Of a DNA stretch of 64,000 nt, positions 55,241 through 64,000 are shown one piece after another. This stretch comes from Candidatus Zixiibacteriota bacterium (GTDB lineage: Bacteria; Zixibacteria; MSB-5A5; GN15; FEB-12). How positions within the stretch are numbered: position 1 is the stretch's first letter; each line of letters opens with the position of its first letter. The notes below the pieces were generated by a model. The model was not told the DNA's origin. It worked only from the letters and a program-made list of their open reading frames with translations, and did no database searches. Position numbers and translations under genes: made by a program. Location of the stretch: the NCBI GenBank assembly GCA_020351995.1, contig CP070674.1:1064467-1128466 (forward strand), given 5' to 3'.

Positions 55241-56194
55241 ATGGCAGAGACAAAGGATTACGATGTTATCATTGTTGGCGGTGGCCCGGGAGGGCTCTGT
55301 GCCGGATTATATAGTGCAAGAGCGAATAGAAAAACCGTATGCCTCGAAAAGTACTTGCCCGGCGGCCAGATCGCTGTCACTGGCGACGTCGAGGACTATC
55401 TGGGTTTCGAGCGCATTCAGGGTTCGGAACTGGCTATGAAGTTCGCCAGTCATGCCCAGAGTTTTGGCCTCGAGGTTCAGATGGAAGAGGTTGAGGAAGT
55501 ATATGTCGATGGTGACTATCGAATCGCTCGGTGTGCTTCCGGCAACCTCTACCGCGGAAAAGCGGTTATCATTTCCACTGGAGGTTCGCCCGTTTTTCTC
55601 AATGTTCCCGGTGAAAAGGAGTACAGTGGAAAGGGTGTGTCCTATTGTGCCATCTGCGACGGCGCATTCTTCAAAGAGCAGGTCATTGGCGTTGTCGGCG
55701 GGGGGGACGCGGCCGTGGAAGAAGGCACCTTCCTGACCAAGTTTGCCTCAAAAGTGTACATCATCCATCGTCGCGACCAGTTGCGGGCACAGAAGATTAT
55801 CCAGCAGCGAGCTTTCGATAACGACAACGTCGAATTCATCTGGGATACGGTGGTTGAGGAAATAGAGGGTGACGGTACCCGTGTGACCAACCTCAAGCTG
55901 AAAAACGTCAAGACCGATGAGAAGTCAAACCTCGCTGTCGGTGCCGTTTTCCCGTATATAGGCTTTAAACCCAACTCCGGTATCACTCGCGAGAAGCTCG
56001 AGACCGACGAGGGTGGATATATCATCACCGACCACACGATGGAAACATCGGTCAAAGGTATTTTTGCCTGTGGTGACGTTCGCGCTCAACTTGTCAGACA
56101 GATAACGAACGCCGTCGGCGATGGAACCACGGCCGCTGTAGCAGCCGAAAAGTACATCGAAAAACTCGAGGATAAGCACGCCAAACGGGCATGA
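55241..56194 (+). CDS. trxB: Thioredoxin-disulfide reductase
   Basis: 317 aa. FAD motif GGGPGG, redox-active CAICDG and NADPH motif GGGDAAVEE. Confidence 0.92.
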   Translation: MAETKDYDVIIVGGGPGGLCAGLYSARANRKTVCLEKYLPGGQIAVTGDVEDYLGFERIQGSELAMKFASHAQSFGLEVQMEEVEEVYVDGDYRIARCASGNLYRGKAVIISTGGSPVFLNVPGEKEYSGKGVSYCAICDGAFFKEQVIGVVGGGDAAVEEGTFLTKFASKVYIIHRRDQLRAQKIIQQRAFDNDNVEFIWDTVVEEIEGDGTRVTNLKLKNVKTDEKSNLAVGAVFPYIGFKPNSGITREKLETDEGGYIITDHTMETSVKGIFACGDVRAQLVRQITNAVGDGTTAAVAAEKYIEKLEDKHAKRA

Positions 56195-56338
56195 CCGCCG
56201 GATTGAGGCAGCCTGCGGTTTGATGTAGTCCACCGAATTGTCGCAGAGTTCGCGCAAGAGCTTGCACATTCCCTTTCAATTATTCGTCCCCACCCCGGAA
56301 CGGGTATTAAAGAAACCCATAATGCTTGTATTTATCGC

Positions 56339-56367
56339 TTGCCAAACAACAAGTTATGGGTTATATT
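56339..56367 (+). promoter_or_regulatory. Near-consensus promoter of an orphan RNA element
   Basis: TTGCCA (56339-56344), 17-nt spacer, TATATT (56362-56367). Confidence 0.5.
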
Positions 56368-56373
56368 GAAAGC

Positions 56374-56538
56374 ACCTTAGAGCCAGACACCAACTCGACA
56401 GTTACAGGCACGGACCTTGCTCTCTTAACAGCGCAAGGCATACTCGCGCTTCCAAATATGGGAGTGGTGTGTGCTGGACACCCAGCCACCTGACGTTAGA
56501 GTCGGGCATCCCCCCTCCACCACTCCCACTTTTATTTG
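56374..56538 (+). ncRNA. Candidate ~165-nt structured RNA or attenuator leader (unclassified)
   Basis: Bounded by the promoter above and a terminator. The terminator is a 10-bp stem GGGAGTGGTG (56460-56469) / CACCACTCCC (56518-56527) enclosing two small hairpins, followed by ACTTTTATTTG. No credible ORF is present. Confidence 0.45.
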
Positions 56539-56610
56539 CAGATTTCCCCTGCAATCAACTTTCACCACGAACGGTCGATATTACATAAAGCAATAGGTGA
56601 GAAAAGAATA

Positions 56611-58575
56611 ATGCGGCTATTACCACGAAAAAAACCGGGTTTTCTAACCCGGTTAGGCAATATTATTATAATTCAGGTCATTTTTGTCTTTGCCGCCCTG
56701 GCTCTTGTAATCTTCTATCCCGATCAGAATCACACAGTCGACTCCGAGTCCATGGCCATGCGCGGGGAGTTCCAGCGCGTTGGAGAACAGATTACCCAAA
56801 CCCTCAATTCCGATCCTTCTGTAACGGATAGCATGCCGTCGGACCAGGCCGTGCGTCAGCATCTGAGAGAGATACTTCGTGTCGAGAAGATCACACGATG
56901 TTACCTGTATTCTCAACAGGAGGGCGGCGGCATCACGAGGTTCATGACACTGGAGCGAAAAGCACCCCGGGAAGATACGGGGGGAGAGGAAATCGATTTT
57001 GACCGCCTGGTAAATCCGGAAATCGTCAAACACCAGTCAAGCCTCGGTGAGGGAACCCTGACACCCATAATACACGACTCCCGATATTTCGTTTATTACT
57101 ATCAATTCAGACCCGATAACGACTCCCGCATGGTACTGGTAGCAATATCTGATCATGGCAAAGGAAGCTCGGTGTTCGGGCAGGTTAAATACACTTTCTT
57201 TGTGCTCTTCTTGGCCTCTACGTTACTGTCGCTGTTGACAGTGTATCTCATAAACAAGCGCTTTCAGGAACCGCTCGAGCGCCTGATCGCCGGATTCGAA
57301 AAGACCGTCAAGGGCGAACTGTACTCTCTCGTTGAAACAGATATGGACGACGAACTGTCTAAACTGGCGACGGCGTACAACGATATGTCTTTAACCCTGT
57401 GGGAAAATCACAAAAGGCTCTCCGATTATAACGCGCGTCTGGAAGACGCCAATGAAATGCTCGCCGAATCCCAGGAGTTTCTGGGAACCCTGATCGATTC
57501 CTCTCCGAGCTGTATAATCTCGGCCTCACCTGATGGTGAGATAATGTTGTTCAACCGGAAGGCTGCCGATGTTTTCCGCGTGTCTCGTCCGGAGATCATA
57601 GGCCATACTATTGATGAATTGTTTACTCACAAGCTTAGTGAGATCGAAACCTGCAAGACGGCGGTAGGTGACAATCACTCGCTTGAAATACTCTGTCGTC
57701 GCGGCGATGGCAGTCTCTTCCCGGCCTATTTGATCTCTGCCCCCGTGCATACTAAAGAAGGTCGGGTCTGGGCACAGCTTTACCTCGTGAAGGATATATC
57801 AGAAAGTAAGAAATTCCAGGAGATGATGATCCGGCTGGACCGTTACTACACCCGCGGAGAAATGGCCGGTGACATAGCCCATGAAATCAACAATTTTCTT
57901 GCTATCCTTTCGGGAAACATTGAATTGATGCCCCTGCTTATGCAAAAGAATGACCTTGAAAAGATACAGCAAAAGCTCGAAGTGATGAAGGGTACCGTTG
58001 ATAAAATTACCCAGTTCACCGATGGGCTGATGGATTCCAGCGAAGACACCGTCCGTTTCGAAATGGCCGACATGAACCAGCTTGTCGAAACAGTCGTGGC
58101 TTTCTTGAAGCCGCAAAACCGTTTTGACGGCATCGAGGTCCAGACCGTTCTTTCCACCGAAATACCCTTGGTCGAAATCGACAGCGCCCAGGTACAGCAG
58201 CTTCTGGTAAACCTTCTTTACAACGCTTCCGAGGCCCTCGAAGACAGGCCGAATAGTCGTCTAATTACCATCAAAACGAGAATTATCGAGGAGCAGCCGG
58301 TGCGCAAGATAATCCTGAAAGTCTCTGATACCGGTCCGGGTGTCCAACTGGATAAAGAGGAATTGCTGTTCCGTAAGCGATTCACGACCAAACCCAGGGG
58401 GCACGGTATAGGTCTTATGACCTGCAAGAGAATTATCGACACTCACGACGGCCGAATTTCATACGAGAATGTCAATGGAGCCGTTTTCACCGCGGAATTC
58501 CCTCTGCTGAAGCGCGCCCCGAAAGCCGAAACCGAGCCCGCCACAACTCCCGAAACTCAGGCCTTGCCGATATAA
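56611..58575 (+). CDS. Sensor histidine kinase (TM-periplasmic-HAMP-PAS-HisKA-HATPase)
   Basis: H-box GDIAHEINNFLAILSGN and G-boxes DTGPGV, GHGIGL. I prefer the ATG at 56611 because the tracked TTG at 56536 lies inside the upstream terminator T-tract. Confidence 0.85.
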   Translation: MRLLPRKKPGFLTRLGNIIIIQVIFVFAALALVIFYPDQNHTVDSESMAMRGEFQRVGEQITQTLNSDPSVTDSMPSDQAVRQHLREILRVEKITRCYLYSQQEGGGITRFMTLERKAPREDTGGEEIDFDRLVNPEIVKHQSSLGEGTLTPIIHDSRYFVYYYQFRPDNDSRMVLVAISDHGKGSSVFGQVKYTFFVLFLASTLLSLLTVYLINKRFQEPLERLIAGFEKTVKGELYSLVETDMDDELSKLATAYNDMSLTLWENHKRLSDYNARLEDANEMLAESQEFLGTLIDSSPSCIISASPDGEIMLFNRKAADVFRVSRPEIIGHTIDELFTHKLSEIETCKTAVGDNHSLEILCRRGDGSLFPAYLISAPVHTKEGRVWAQLYLVKDISESKKFQEMMIRLDRYYTRGEMAGDIAHEINNFLAILSGNIELMPLLMQKNDLEKIQQKLEVMKGTVDKITQFTDGLMDSSEDTVRFEMADMNQLVETVVAFLKPQNRFDGIEVQTVLSTEIPLVEIDSAQVQQLLVNLLYNASEALEDRPNSRLITIKTRIIEEQPVRKIILKVSDTGPGVQLDKEELLFRKRFTTKPRGHGIGLMTCKRIIDTHDGRISYENVNGAVFTAEFPLLKRAPKAETEPATTPETQALPI

Positions 58576-58617
58576 CTTTTACTTGCCAGCCGCCCGGCCA
58601 AAAAATAATTTTCACGT

Positions 58618-60639
58618 ATGCCACAGACACGTGAAAATCACAGATCGGGTATGGAGCAGCGTTATATCGCTACACTGATCATTCTTCTTGCCATTATAGT
58701 CTTTGTCATCACCTGGTATGGCATCAGGGAAAGCCGGGCCGACAGCATGAAACTTCTGGTCATGCAAGGTACCGCCTTTGTGGAGGCTCTTACCGAGGCC
58801 GCCAACAGCGCTATCGAGTCCGAGCGGTTCTTTGACTACCTGGTACACAAACGCTTCTCAGAACTGACCGTGGAACTGGCCCAGCTCGAACTGACCTCAA
58901 TTACCAATGAACAACTGATGAAAACGGCGATGGATCACGGCCTCTATGGCCTCTACGTGTACGGGGCCGACTCGGTCCCTGTGGCCGGTGGGTTGGTCCG
59001 CGGTTCCATGGTCAAGCCACCGCAGTACGTGGTTGACGAGATTATGCAGATTTTGGCCAACCCCGAAGACAACTATGTGTTGTTGCTCGATCAGGGAGAC
59101 GACCCGGATGAAATGGTGCATTACTACATCGAAATCACCAACAACCTCGATCGTGTCATTCTTATCGTGGCCGATGCTCTCTACTACGTGGATGCTCTCA
59201 GTCAGACCCAGATCGGTTACCTCTCCCAAAAGATGGGACAGGAAAAGGGTGTCGAATACATCATTTTTCAGTCAACCGAAGGAATCGTGTTCTCATCGCG
59301 AAAAACACCTAGCCTGCTGGCGATCGAATCCGACCCGTTTCTCAGCGAAGCCTTGAACTCCGACAGTGTAGCATACCGCCCGCACGTATTCGACGATACC
59401 GAGGTACTTGAGCTGGTACGACCGTTCGCTACCAGGGGATTTCCTTTCGGCTTACTCAGGGTTGGTTTGAACCTTGAAAACTATAATGCCATCTCAAGGG
59501 GTTACGACCGCCAGATGGTTACCCTTTCCGGCACCCTTTTCATACTCGTACTCGTGGTCATTCTTTACTTTCAGACCAGGCGCAAACGAAAGGAGATCAC
59601 ACGTCAATACCGGGAAATCAAATCCATCAGCGACAAGATCTTTGATGAGATGGAAACCGGTGTGGCCGCCGTTGATAGTGGCGGTGTGATAACTCTGGCC
59701 AACCGGGCCTTCGAACGGGTCTTTGATGTATCAGCGGTGACGGGGGAGAAGTGGAACAAGCTAATTTCCGTAAGCGAACTGAGTTTCGATACCATTATGA
59801 CCCGGAAAGAATCGTCCCTTGAATACGAATTTAGTGTCGGTTCCGACAGCGACCGCAAGTGGCTCCTGCTTGCCGTGTCGAAGATGATGTCCGAATCGAA
59901 TGAACCCTCCGGGCTCGCCGTTGTGGTATATGACATCACGCGCCTGAAAGAACTCGAACAGAAGGCGGCGCGCAAAGAGAGATTGTCCGAAATGGGTAAT
60001 CTCGCCGCAGGAGTGGCCCACGAAATTCGCAATCCCCTTAACACCATATCCATCGCTGCCCAGCGCCTCGCCGGTGAATTCGCTCCTGCCGAGAATTCCG
60101 AAGAGTACCTCGCTTTCACAAAACAGATCCGCACCGAAACCAAAAGACTTAACGAAATCATCACCAGGTTCCTTGCGCTGGCTCACGAAGAAAAAGAAAA
60201 GGCGAAAGTGACCAACCTCGCGCAGGTAGTCGAGGAATTCCTGCAACTGGTCAGGTACGAAGCTGAAAGCGTCAATATTGATATCTCGGCTCAGATCGAT
60301 CCCACCCTTGAAATCTCAGTTGATCGCGACAGCATGAAGCAGGTCCTTTCCAACCTCTTTAACAATTCAAAGGAGGCGCTTGAAGGGAGAAGCGGCAAGA
60401 TTGCCGTAAGGGGCGTGAAAAAAGAACATGAAATTGAATTGCGCTTCGGTGACAGCGGCCACGGTATCAAATCGGAACTGCGTGAAAAGGTTTTCACTCC
60501 CTTCTACACCTCCAAGGGAACCGGGACCGGACTTGGCCTGCCAACCGTATACAAAATCATTAGTGATTTTGGCGGTGATGTTCGCGTTCAGGACAGCCCC
60601 CTCGGCGGGGCCGAAATCGTAATCAATCTGCCGTCCTGA
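58618..60639 (+). CDS. Sensor histidine kinase (NtrB/AtoS-like H-box)
   Basis: 673 aa with an N-terminal TM, a large extracytoplasmic region and a second TM. H-box GVAHEIRNPLNTI, N-box LFNNSKEA, G-boxes DSGHGI and GTGLGL. No response regulator is adjacent. Confidence 0.85.
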   Translation: MPQTRENHRSGMEQRYIATLIILLAIIVFVITWYGIRESRADSMKLLVMQGTAFVEALTEAANSAIESERFFDYLVHKRFSELTVELAQLELTSITNEQLMKTAMDHGLYGLYVYGADSVPVAGGLVRGSMVKPPQYVVDEIMQILANPEDNYVLLLDQGDDPDEMVHYYIEITNNLDRVILIVADALYYVDALSQTQIGYLSQKMGQEKGVEYIIFQSTEGIVFSSRKTPSLLAIESDPFLSEALNSDSVAYRPHVFDDTEVLELVRPFATRGFPFGLLRVGLNLENYNAISRGYDRQMVTLSGTLFILVLVVILYFQTRRKRKEITRQYREIKSISDKIFDEMETGVAAVDSGGVITLANRAFERVFDVSAVTGEKWNKLISVSELSFDTIMTRKESSLEYEFSVGSDSDRKWLLLAVSKMMSESNEPSGLAVVVYDITRLKELEQKAARKERLSEMGNLAAGVAHEIRNPLNTISIAAQRLAGEFAPAENSEEYLAFTKQIRTETKRLNEIITRFLALAHEEKEKAKVTNLAQVVEEFLQLVRYEAESVNIDISAQIDPTLEISVDRDSMKQVLSNLFNNSKEALEGRSGKIAVRGVKKEHEIELRFGDSGHGIKSELREKVFTPFYTSKGTGTGLGLPTVYKIISDFGGDVRVQDSPLGGAEIVINLPS

Positions 60640-60653
60640 CGAAAACCGAATGC

Positions 60654-60686
60654 AAAAAAAACGGCTCCCTTGAGGAGCCGTTTTCT
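60654..60686. terminator. Bidirectional rho-independent terminator
   Basis: AAAAAAAA, stem ACGGCTCC / GGAGCCGT with a 5-nt loop, then TTTTCTT. It lies between the convergent kinase and gltA genes. Confidence 0.8.
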
Positions 60687-60706
60687 TATATCGAATCGAC
60701 TTGGCT

Positions 60707-61993
60707 CTATTCGGTCTTTGTAACCTGCGCCTTGACCCAGGCCGTGCTGACCGACTTCGGACGGGTAATGGCTGTTCCCATGGCACGGTTAAGCACCAAC
60801 TGAGACAGCATACCCATCGAACGGGATACCGAGAAGAGCACCGTGTAGTACTCGAACTCCTTGATTCCCGCCTCATACAGCAGGGCGCCGGAACCGGCAT
60901 CAACGTTCGGCCACGGGTTCTTGGCCTTGCCATGCGCCTGAAGAACCTTCGGTACCACGTTGAACACACGATCTACCGTCTGGAAGACCGGGTTCTTGGA
61001 GAGGTACTTCTTACCGAAGCCGTTGAAGGCCACGAAACGCGGATCGGTGACGCGAAGCACCGCGTGCCCGTAACCCGGAATAACCTTACCGCTGTTAAGC
61101 GTCTCCCAGGCGTAGTCTTCGATCTGCTTCTCAGTTGGAACGCCGCCGAATTTCTCCATCGTTTCGAGAATCCAGTTAAGGCATTCCTGGTTGGCCAGAC
61201 CATGCAGAGGACCGGCCAGCCCATTCAAGCCGGCCGAAACGGCATAGAACGCGTCAGACAGAGCTGACCCAACCGTGTGACAGGTGTTAGCTGACACGTT
61301 ACCACCTTCGTGGTCGGTATGCAGCGTCAAATACAAACGCATCATCTCGTAGTTCTGACCCTTGCGCGGCGCGAGACCCATCATGCGGGCATAGTCAGCA
61401 CCCCAGTCAAGCTTCTTGGATGGCTCAATGAGATCACCCTTCTTGTACTTGATGCGGTAGACACCGGCGGCAACAGTGTGAATCGTGGCGATAATCTTCA
61501 TCGCGTCTTCCAGAGCAGGCTCCCAGTAATCGGTCTTTGCCATTCCTTCGGTGTAGCGCTTGCGGAAAGCCGACTCGTTCTCCATCGCCAGAATAGCGGT
61601 GTCGAGCATTGCCATCGGGTGCGAGGTCTTGGGCATGGCCTTGAGAACTTTCCAGACGTAATTCGGAACGTCACCGAGGGCTTTCAGTTCCTTCTGGAAC
61701 AGTGCCAGCTCGTCGGCGGAGGGCAATTCGCCAGTAATCAACAACCAGAAGATTTCCTCAGGAAGCTTGTCCTGAATGTCCAGAATCGGTCTGCCGCGGA
61801 TAATCAAACCCTTATCAGGCTCAACAACCGAGGTGTCGCAGATCATGCCCTTCACTCCACGCATACCGCCAAAAGCCTGAGCGACCGTCACATCAGAGAT
61901 GACTTTGCCCCCATGCCCTTTGAGAATTCCGACTCTCTCTTCGCGAAGTTTCGGGATAAGTCCGGCCAGTTTTTCTTTCAGTGTTTTGGCCAT
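60707..61993 (-). CDS. gltA: Citrate synthase
   Basis: 428 aa. Signature GYGHAVLRVTDPR and catalytic-region motifs (HTDHEGGNVS, SVSRSMG). Confidence 0.92.
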   Translation of the reverse strand: MAKTLKEKLAGLIPKLREERVGILKGHGGKVISDVTVAQAFGGMRGVKGMICDTSVVEPDKGLIIRGRPILDIQDKLPEEIFWLLITGELPSADELALFQKELKALGDVPNYVWKVLKAMPKTSHPMAMLDTAILAMENESAFRKRYTEGMAKTDYWEPALEDAMKIIATIHTVAAGVYRIKYKKGDLIEPSKKLDWGADYARMMGLAPRKGQNYEMMRLYLTLHTDHEGGNVSANTCHTVGSALSDAFYAVSAGLNGLAGPLHGLANQECLNWILETMEKFGGVPTEKQIEDYAWETLNSGKVIPGYGHAVLRVTDPRFVAFNGFGKKYLSKNPVFQTVDRVFNVVPKVLQAHGKAKNPWPNVDAGSGALLYEAGIKEFEYYTVLFSVSRSMGMLSQLVLNRAMGTAITRPKSVSTAWVKAQVTKTE

Positions 61994-62054
61994 GTGAGAC
62001 TCCTTCGTTTTATCCTTCAGTTAATTGGTTAATTCTGATTGCCTGAAATAAAAT

Positions 62055-62074
62055 AATGTGAAACATTTCACATT
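62055..62074. promoter_or_regulatory. Perfect 20-bp palindrome, Rex/CRP-FNR-type operator candidate at the gltA promoter
   Basis: AATGTGAAACATTTCACATT contains both TGTGAA-N4-TTCACA and TGTGA-N6-TCACA. It lies just downstream of the minus-strand -10. Confidence 0.5.
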
Positions 62075-62079
62075 CGCCT

Positions 62080-62108
62080 ATATTACGGACTCTCCCCATT
62101 CTTGTCAA
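62080..62108 (-). promoter_or_regulatory. Consensus promoter of gltA
   Basis: On the minus strand: TTGACA (62103-62108), 17-nt spacer, TAATAT (62080-62085). Confidence 0.6.
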
Positions 62109-62149
62109 GTAGGCAACCCCAAAAAATCGCCGCCGATTTCTGGATTTTT

Positions 62150-63514
62150 TCAAAAAATCTTCCCCGGGTTGAGCAAATTCTCCGGGTCAAAAACTGACTT
62201 AACCCTTTTCATGTAGTCAATAGTGGCCCCGTCAAACTCCAGCCGCAGGTAGCGCCGTTTGGCCAGACCGATACCGTGTTCTCCCGACAGGGTACCCCCC
62301 AGATCGAGCGCCTTTTTAAGCAACTGCTCTATGGCCCCCTCCATTAAGGCCAATTCCTCAGGCGCTCCTGACATAGACAGGAAGTTGACATGCAGGTTGC
62401 CGTCCCCGGCGTGGCCGAAAGCGTTTATACGAAGCGGGCTCGAAGCATTCAATTTCAAGACAAACTCGACCAGAATTGGGAACTTTGAGTTGGGAACAGC
62501 CACATCCTCTGAAACTCGCACCTTACCCATTTCTTTGACCGCCTTGCTCAAATTCCGCCTGACCTTCCAGAGCTTCTCCACCTTCTCCGGTTCGCTCTCT
62601 ATCCGGAAATACGAGCAATGATTGGCTTGGCAGAACCGCTCGATTTTCCCGGCGCATTCCTGCCTGTCCTCGAAGGGTGTCTCGATGAGCACAATAGCCG
62701 CGACACTATCAAGCCCCTCCGTCCTTTCATACTTATTGGAGCAATCGGCCGCGTCGCCGTCGAGGTATTCCAATACCGTGGGGATAATCCCGGCCCGGGT
62801 AATATCACTCACTGTCTGGGCGGCGTCCTTCGGGTTGTCGAAAGCAACCAGAATTGTATCGCCAACTTTGGGTATCGGAACCAGCCGAACGGCGATTTCT
62901 GTTACGACCGCCAGGGTGCCTTCTGACCCGACCAGCAGATCACCCAGCCCGAAGCATGCATTGGCGCTAAAAACACCAGTTTCAATTATCTCCCCCGACA
63001 TCGTCACGCTCCTCAGCCCGATCACATAGTCTCGGGTAACCCCAAATCGTCGGCATCTCAGGCCTCCGGCGTTCTCGGCCACGTTTCCGGCCAGGGTCGA
63101 TTCATCGTAACTGGCCGGGTCGGGGGGATAGGTTACCCCGAGCTTCTCAGCCTCGTCCTGAAGCTCTTTCGTGATCACCCCCGGGCCGACATAGGCAATC
63201 CTGTTTCTGCTGTCTATCTCGAGCTTCTTCATCCTCTCTACAGACAGAACGATACCCCCCAGGGTAGGTACGCACCCCCCCGATAAACCGGTTCCCGCCC
63301 CGCGGGGTATTAACGGCAGGTGGTTCTGCTGGCAGAAACGGGCCGTGGTGACTACGTCTGACTCGTCTTCCGCGAAGACAACGGCCTGAGGCGTGCCCTT
63401 GTCCTCGGTGGCGTCATGGAAATAATCCTCGAGGCCTTCTAGTTCCGTGACCAGCAAATCAGGCCTGGAAAGCTGTTTCGACAGCAACTTGTACGGAATC
63501 TCGGGCATTATCAC
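62150..63514 (-). CDS. FAD-linked oxidase (GlcD / D-lactate dehydrogenase-like)
   Basis: 454 aa with FAD-binding PCMH-type motifs (IPRGAGTGLSGG) and C-terminal SGEHGIGLAK. Confidence 0.82.
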   Translation of the reverse strand: MIMPEIPYKLLSKQLSRPDLLVTELEGLEDYFHDATEDKGTPQAVVFAEDESDVVTTARFCQQNHLPLIPRGAGTGLSGGCVPTLGGIVLSVERMKKLEIDSRNRIAYVGPGVITKELQDEAEKLGVTYPPDPASYDESTLAGNVAENAGGLRCRRFGVTRDYVIGLRSVTMSGEIIETGVFSANACFGLGDLLVGSEGTLAVVTEIAVRLVPIPKVGDTILVAFDNPKDAAQTVSDITRAGIIPTVLEYLDGDAADCSNKYERTEGLDSVAAIVLIETPFEDRQECAGKIERFCQANHCSYFRIESEPEKVEKLWKVRRNLSKAVKEMGKVRVSEDVAVPNSKFPILVEFVLKLNASSPLRINAFGHAGDGNLHVNFLSMSGAPEELALMEGAIEQLLKKALDLGGTLSGEHGIGLAKRRYLRLEFDGATIDYMKRVKSVFDPENLLNPGKIF

Positions 63515-63541
63515 TCAATTCTCGGGGCCCGGGGCCACTTC

Positions 63542-63832
63542 TCAGTCCTTGTTGGCGGCTTTTGAGGATGTCGCTGAATCGCTCGAGCTTTTCTTTTCCG
63601 ATGGCTTTCCAATCGCCGAAGAATCTTTGGAGGCGTCTTTCTTATACTGGCTATTACGGTAGTCGGTGATGTAAAACCCGGACCCTTTGAAAATCAGCCC
63701 CGCACCGCCGCTTATTACGCGCTTTGTCCTACCTTTGCACTCAGGACAAATTGTGACCGGCGGGTCGCTTATGGACTGGAATTCCTCGAATTCATAGCCG
63801 CATGAGTCACATTGATATTCATAAGTAGGCAC
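63542..63832 (-). CDS. FmdB-family zinc-ribbon putative regulatory protein
   Basis: 96 aa. N-terminus MPTYEYQCDSCGYEFE...CPECKG and a Ser/Lys-rich tail. Confidence 0.8.
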   Translation of the reverse strand: MPTYEYQCDSCGYEFEEFQSISDPPVTICPECKGRTKRVISGGAGLIFKGSGFYITDYRNSQYKKDASKDSSAIGKPSEKKSSSDSATSSKAANKD

Positions 63833-64000
63833 GTAATTTCCTCGCTGATGTAATACCGCTGGTCCGTGTTACCTTCGCCCCTTAACTGTGGGCAGGGCGG
63901 GATCGCTTTCTTCCTCGATCAGCCGTATCGCCAGCCTCGGTCGCGCGCGAGCCTCGGGTTCGGTTTCCAGTCTGTGAGCTTGGCGACCGCTTTATCTTTA

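Noticed and set aside
56458-56493. An 11-codon ORF (MGVVCAGHPAT) inside the candidate RNA, considered as a possible leader peptide.
   Set aside because: It has no Shine-Dalgarno sequence, and it lies within the terminator stem itself.
56536-56610. The tracked TTG start at 56536 for the first sensor kinase.
   Set aside because: The TTG lies inside the T-tract of the upstream terminator hairpin and the added 25 residues are not kinase-like. The ATG at 56611 starts the basic/TM N-terminus.
63833-64000. A possible gene fragment at the right window edge.
   Set aside because: The minus-strand frames I hand-translated gave either a stop within about 41 codons or Arg-rich nonsense. The plus-strand frames were not translated. 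I found nothing supportable.
1-64000. A search for CRISPR repeats, tRNA/rRNA genes, integrases, transposases, phage genes, toxin-antitoxin pairs and known defence-system signatures.
   Set aside because: I recognised none by eye. The window looks like core chromosome rather than an accessory island. A computational scan (tRNAscan-SE, minced, PADLOC/DefenseFinder) would be needed to exclude them formally.

Overview
This 64 kb window is gene-dense chromosomal sequence, roughly 50-55% GC by eye. I found no rRNA, tRNA, CRISPR array, integrase or transposase. The content looks like an anaerobic, probably FCB-superphylum-like uncultivated bacterium. That guess rests on PFOR, hbd-ackA, a fused E1 alpha/beta, DUF1573, a TPR-ExbB-ExbD-ExbD-TonB cluster and a short CcmD form, combined with canonical TTGACA-N17-TATATT promoters. 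Most genes are housekeeping: dxr-rseP, lepB, ccmABCDEF, a cobalamin riboswitch with a BtuB-like receptor, lon, miaB, aroC, pepA, nifJ/PFOR, dcd, cobO, trxB, gltA and two sensor kinases. I see no recognisable known defence system or mobile element. The best candidate for an undescribed module is a two-gene operon at 31.2-34.2 kb. It encodes a 70-aa six-Cys zinc-ribbon protein and a Ski2/Hel308-like helicase with an apparent C-terminal OmpR-type winged helix. Its consensus promoter has a spacer that is a perfect 18-bp palindrome matching LexA/SOS-box patterns. Other items worth a second look:
- an orphan promoter-to-terminator RNA element upstream of the sensor kinases (about 56.37-56.54 kb)
- a CcmE with CXXXY instead of HXXXY in a ccm cluster lacking ccmGH
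- an untracked ccmD
- a Lon paralog with degenerate Walker A/B
- a His-less pseudo-kinase/receiver protein coupled to miaB, next to an HDOD protein carrying an orphan DHp
- Rex/CRP-type palindromes at the gltA and hbd promoters
- a diverged tandem exbD-tonB duplication
All functional calls come from motif recognition by eye. No database search was run.
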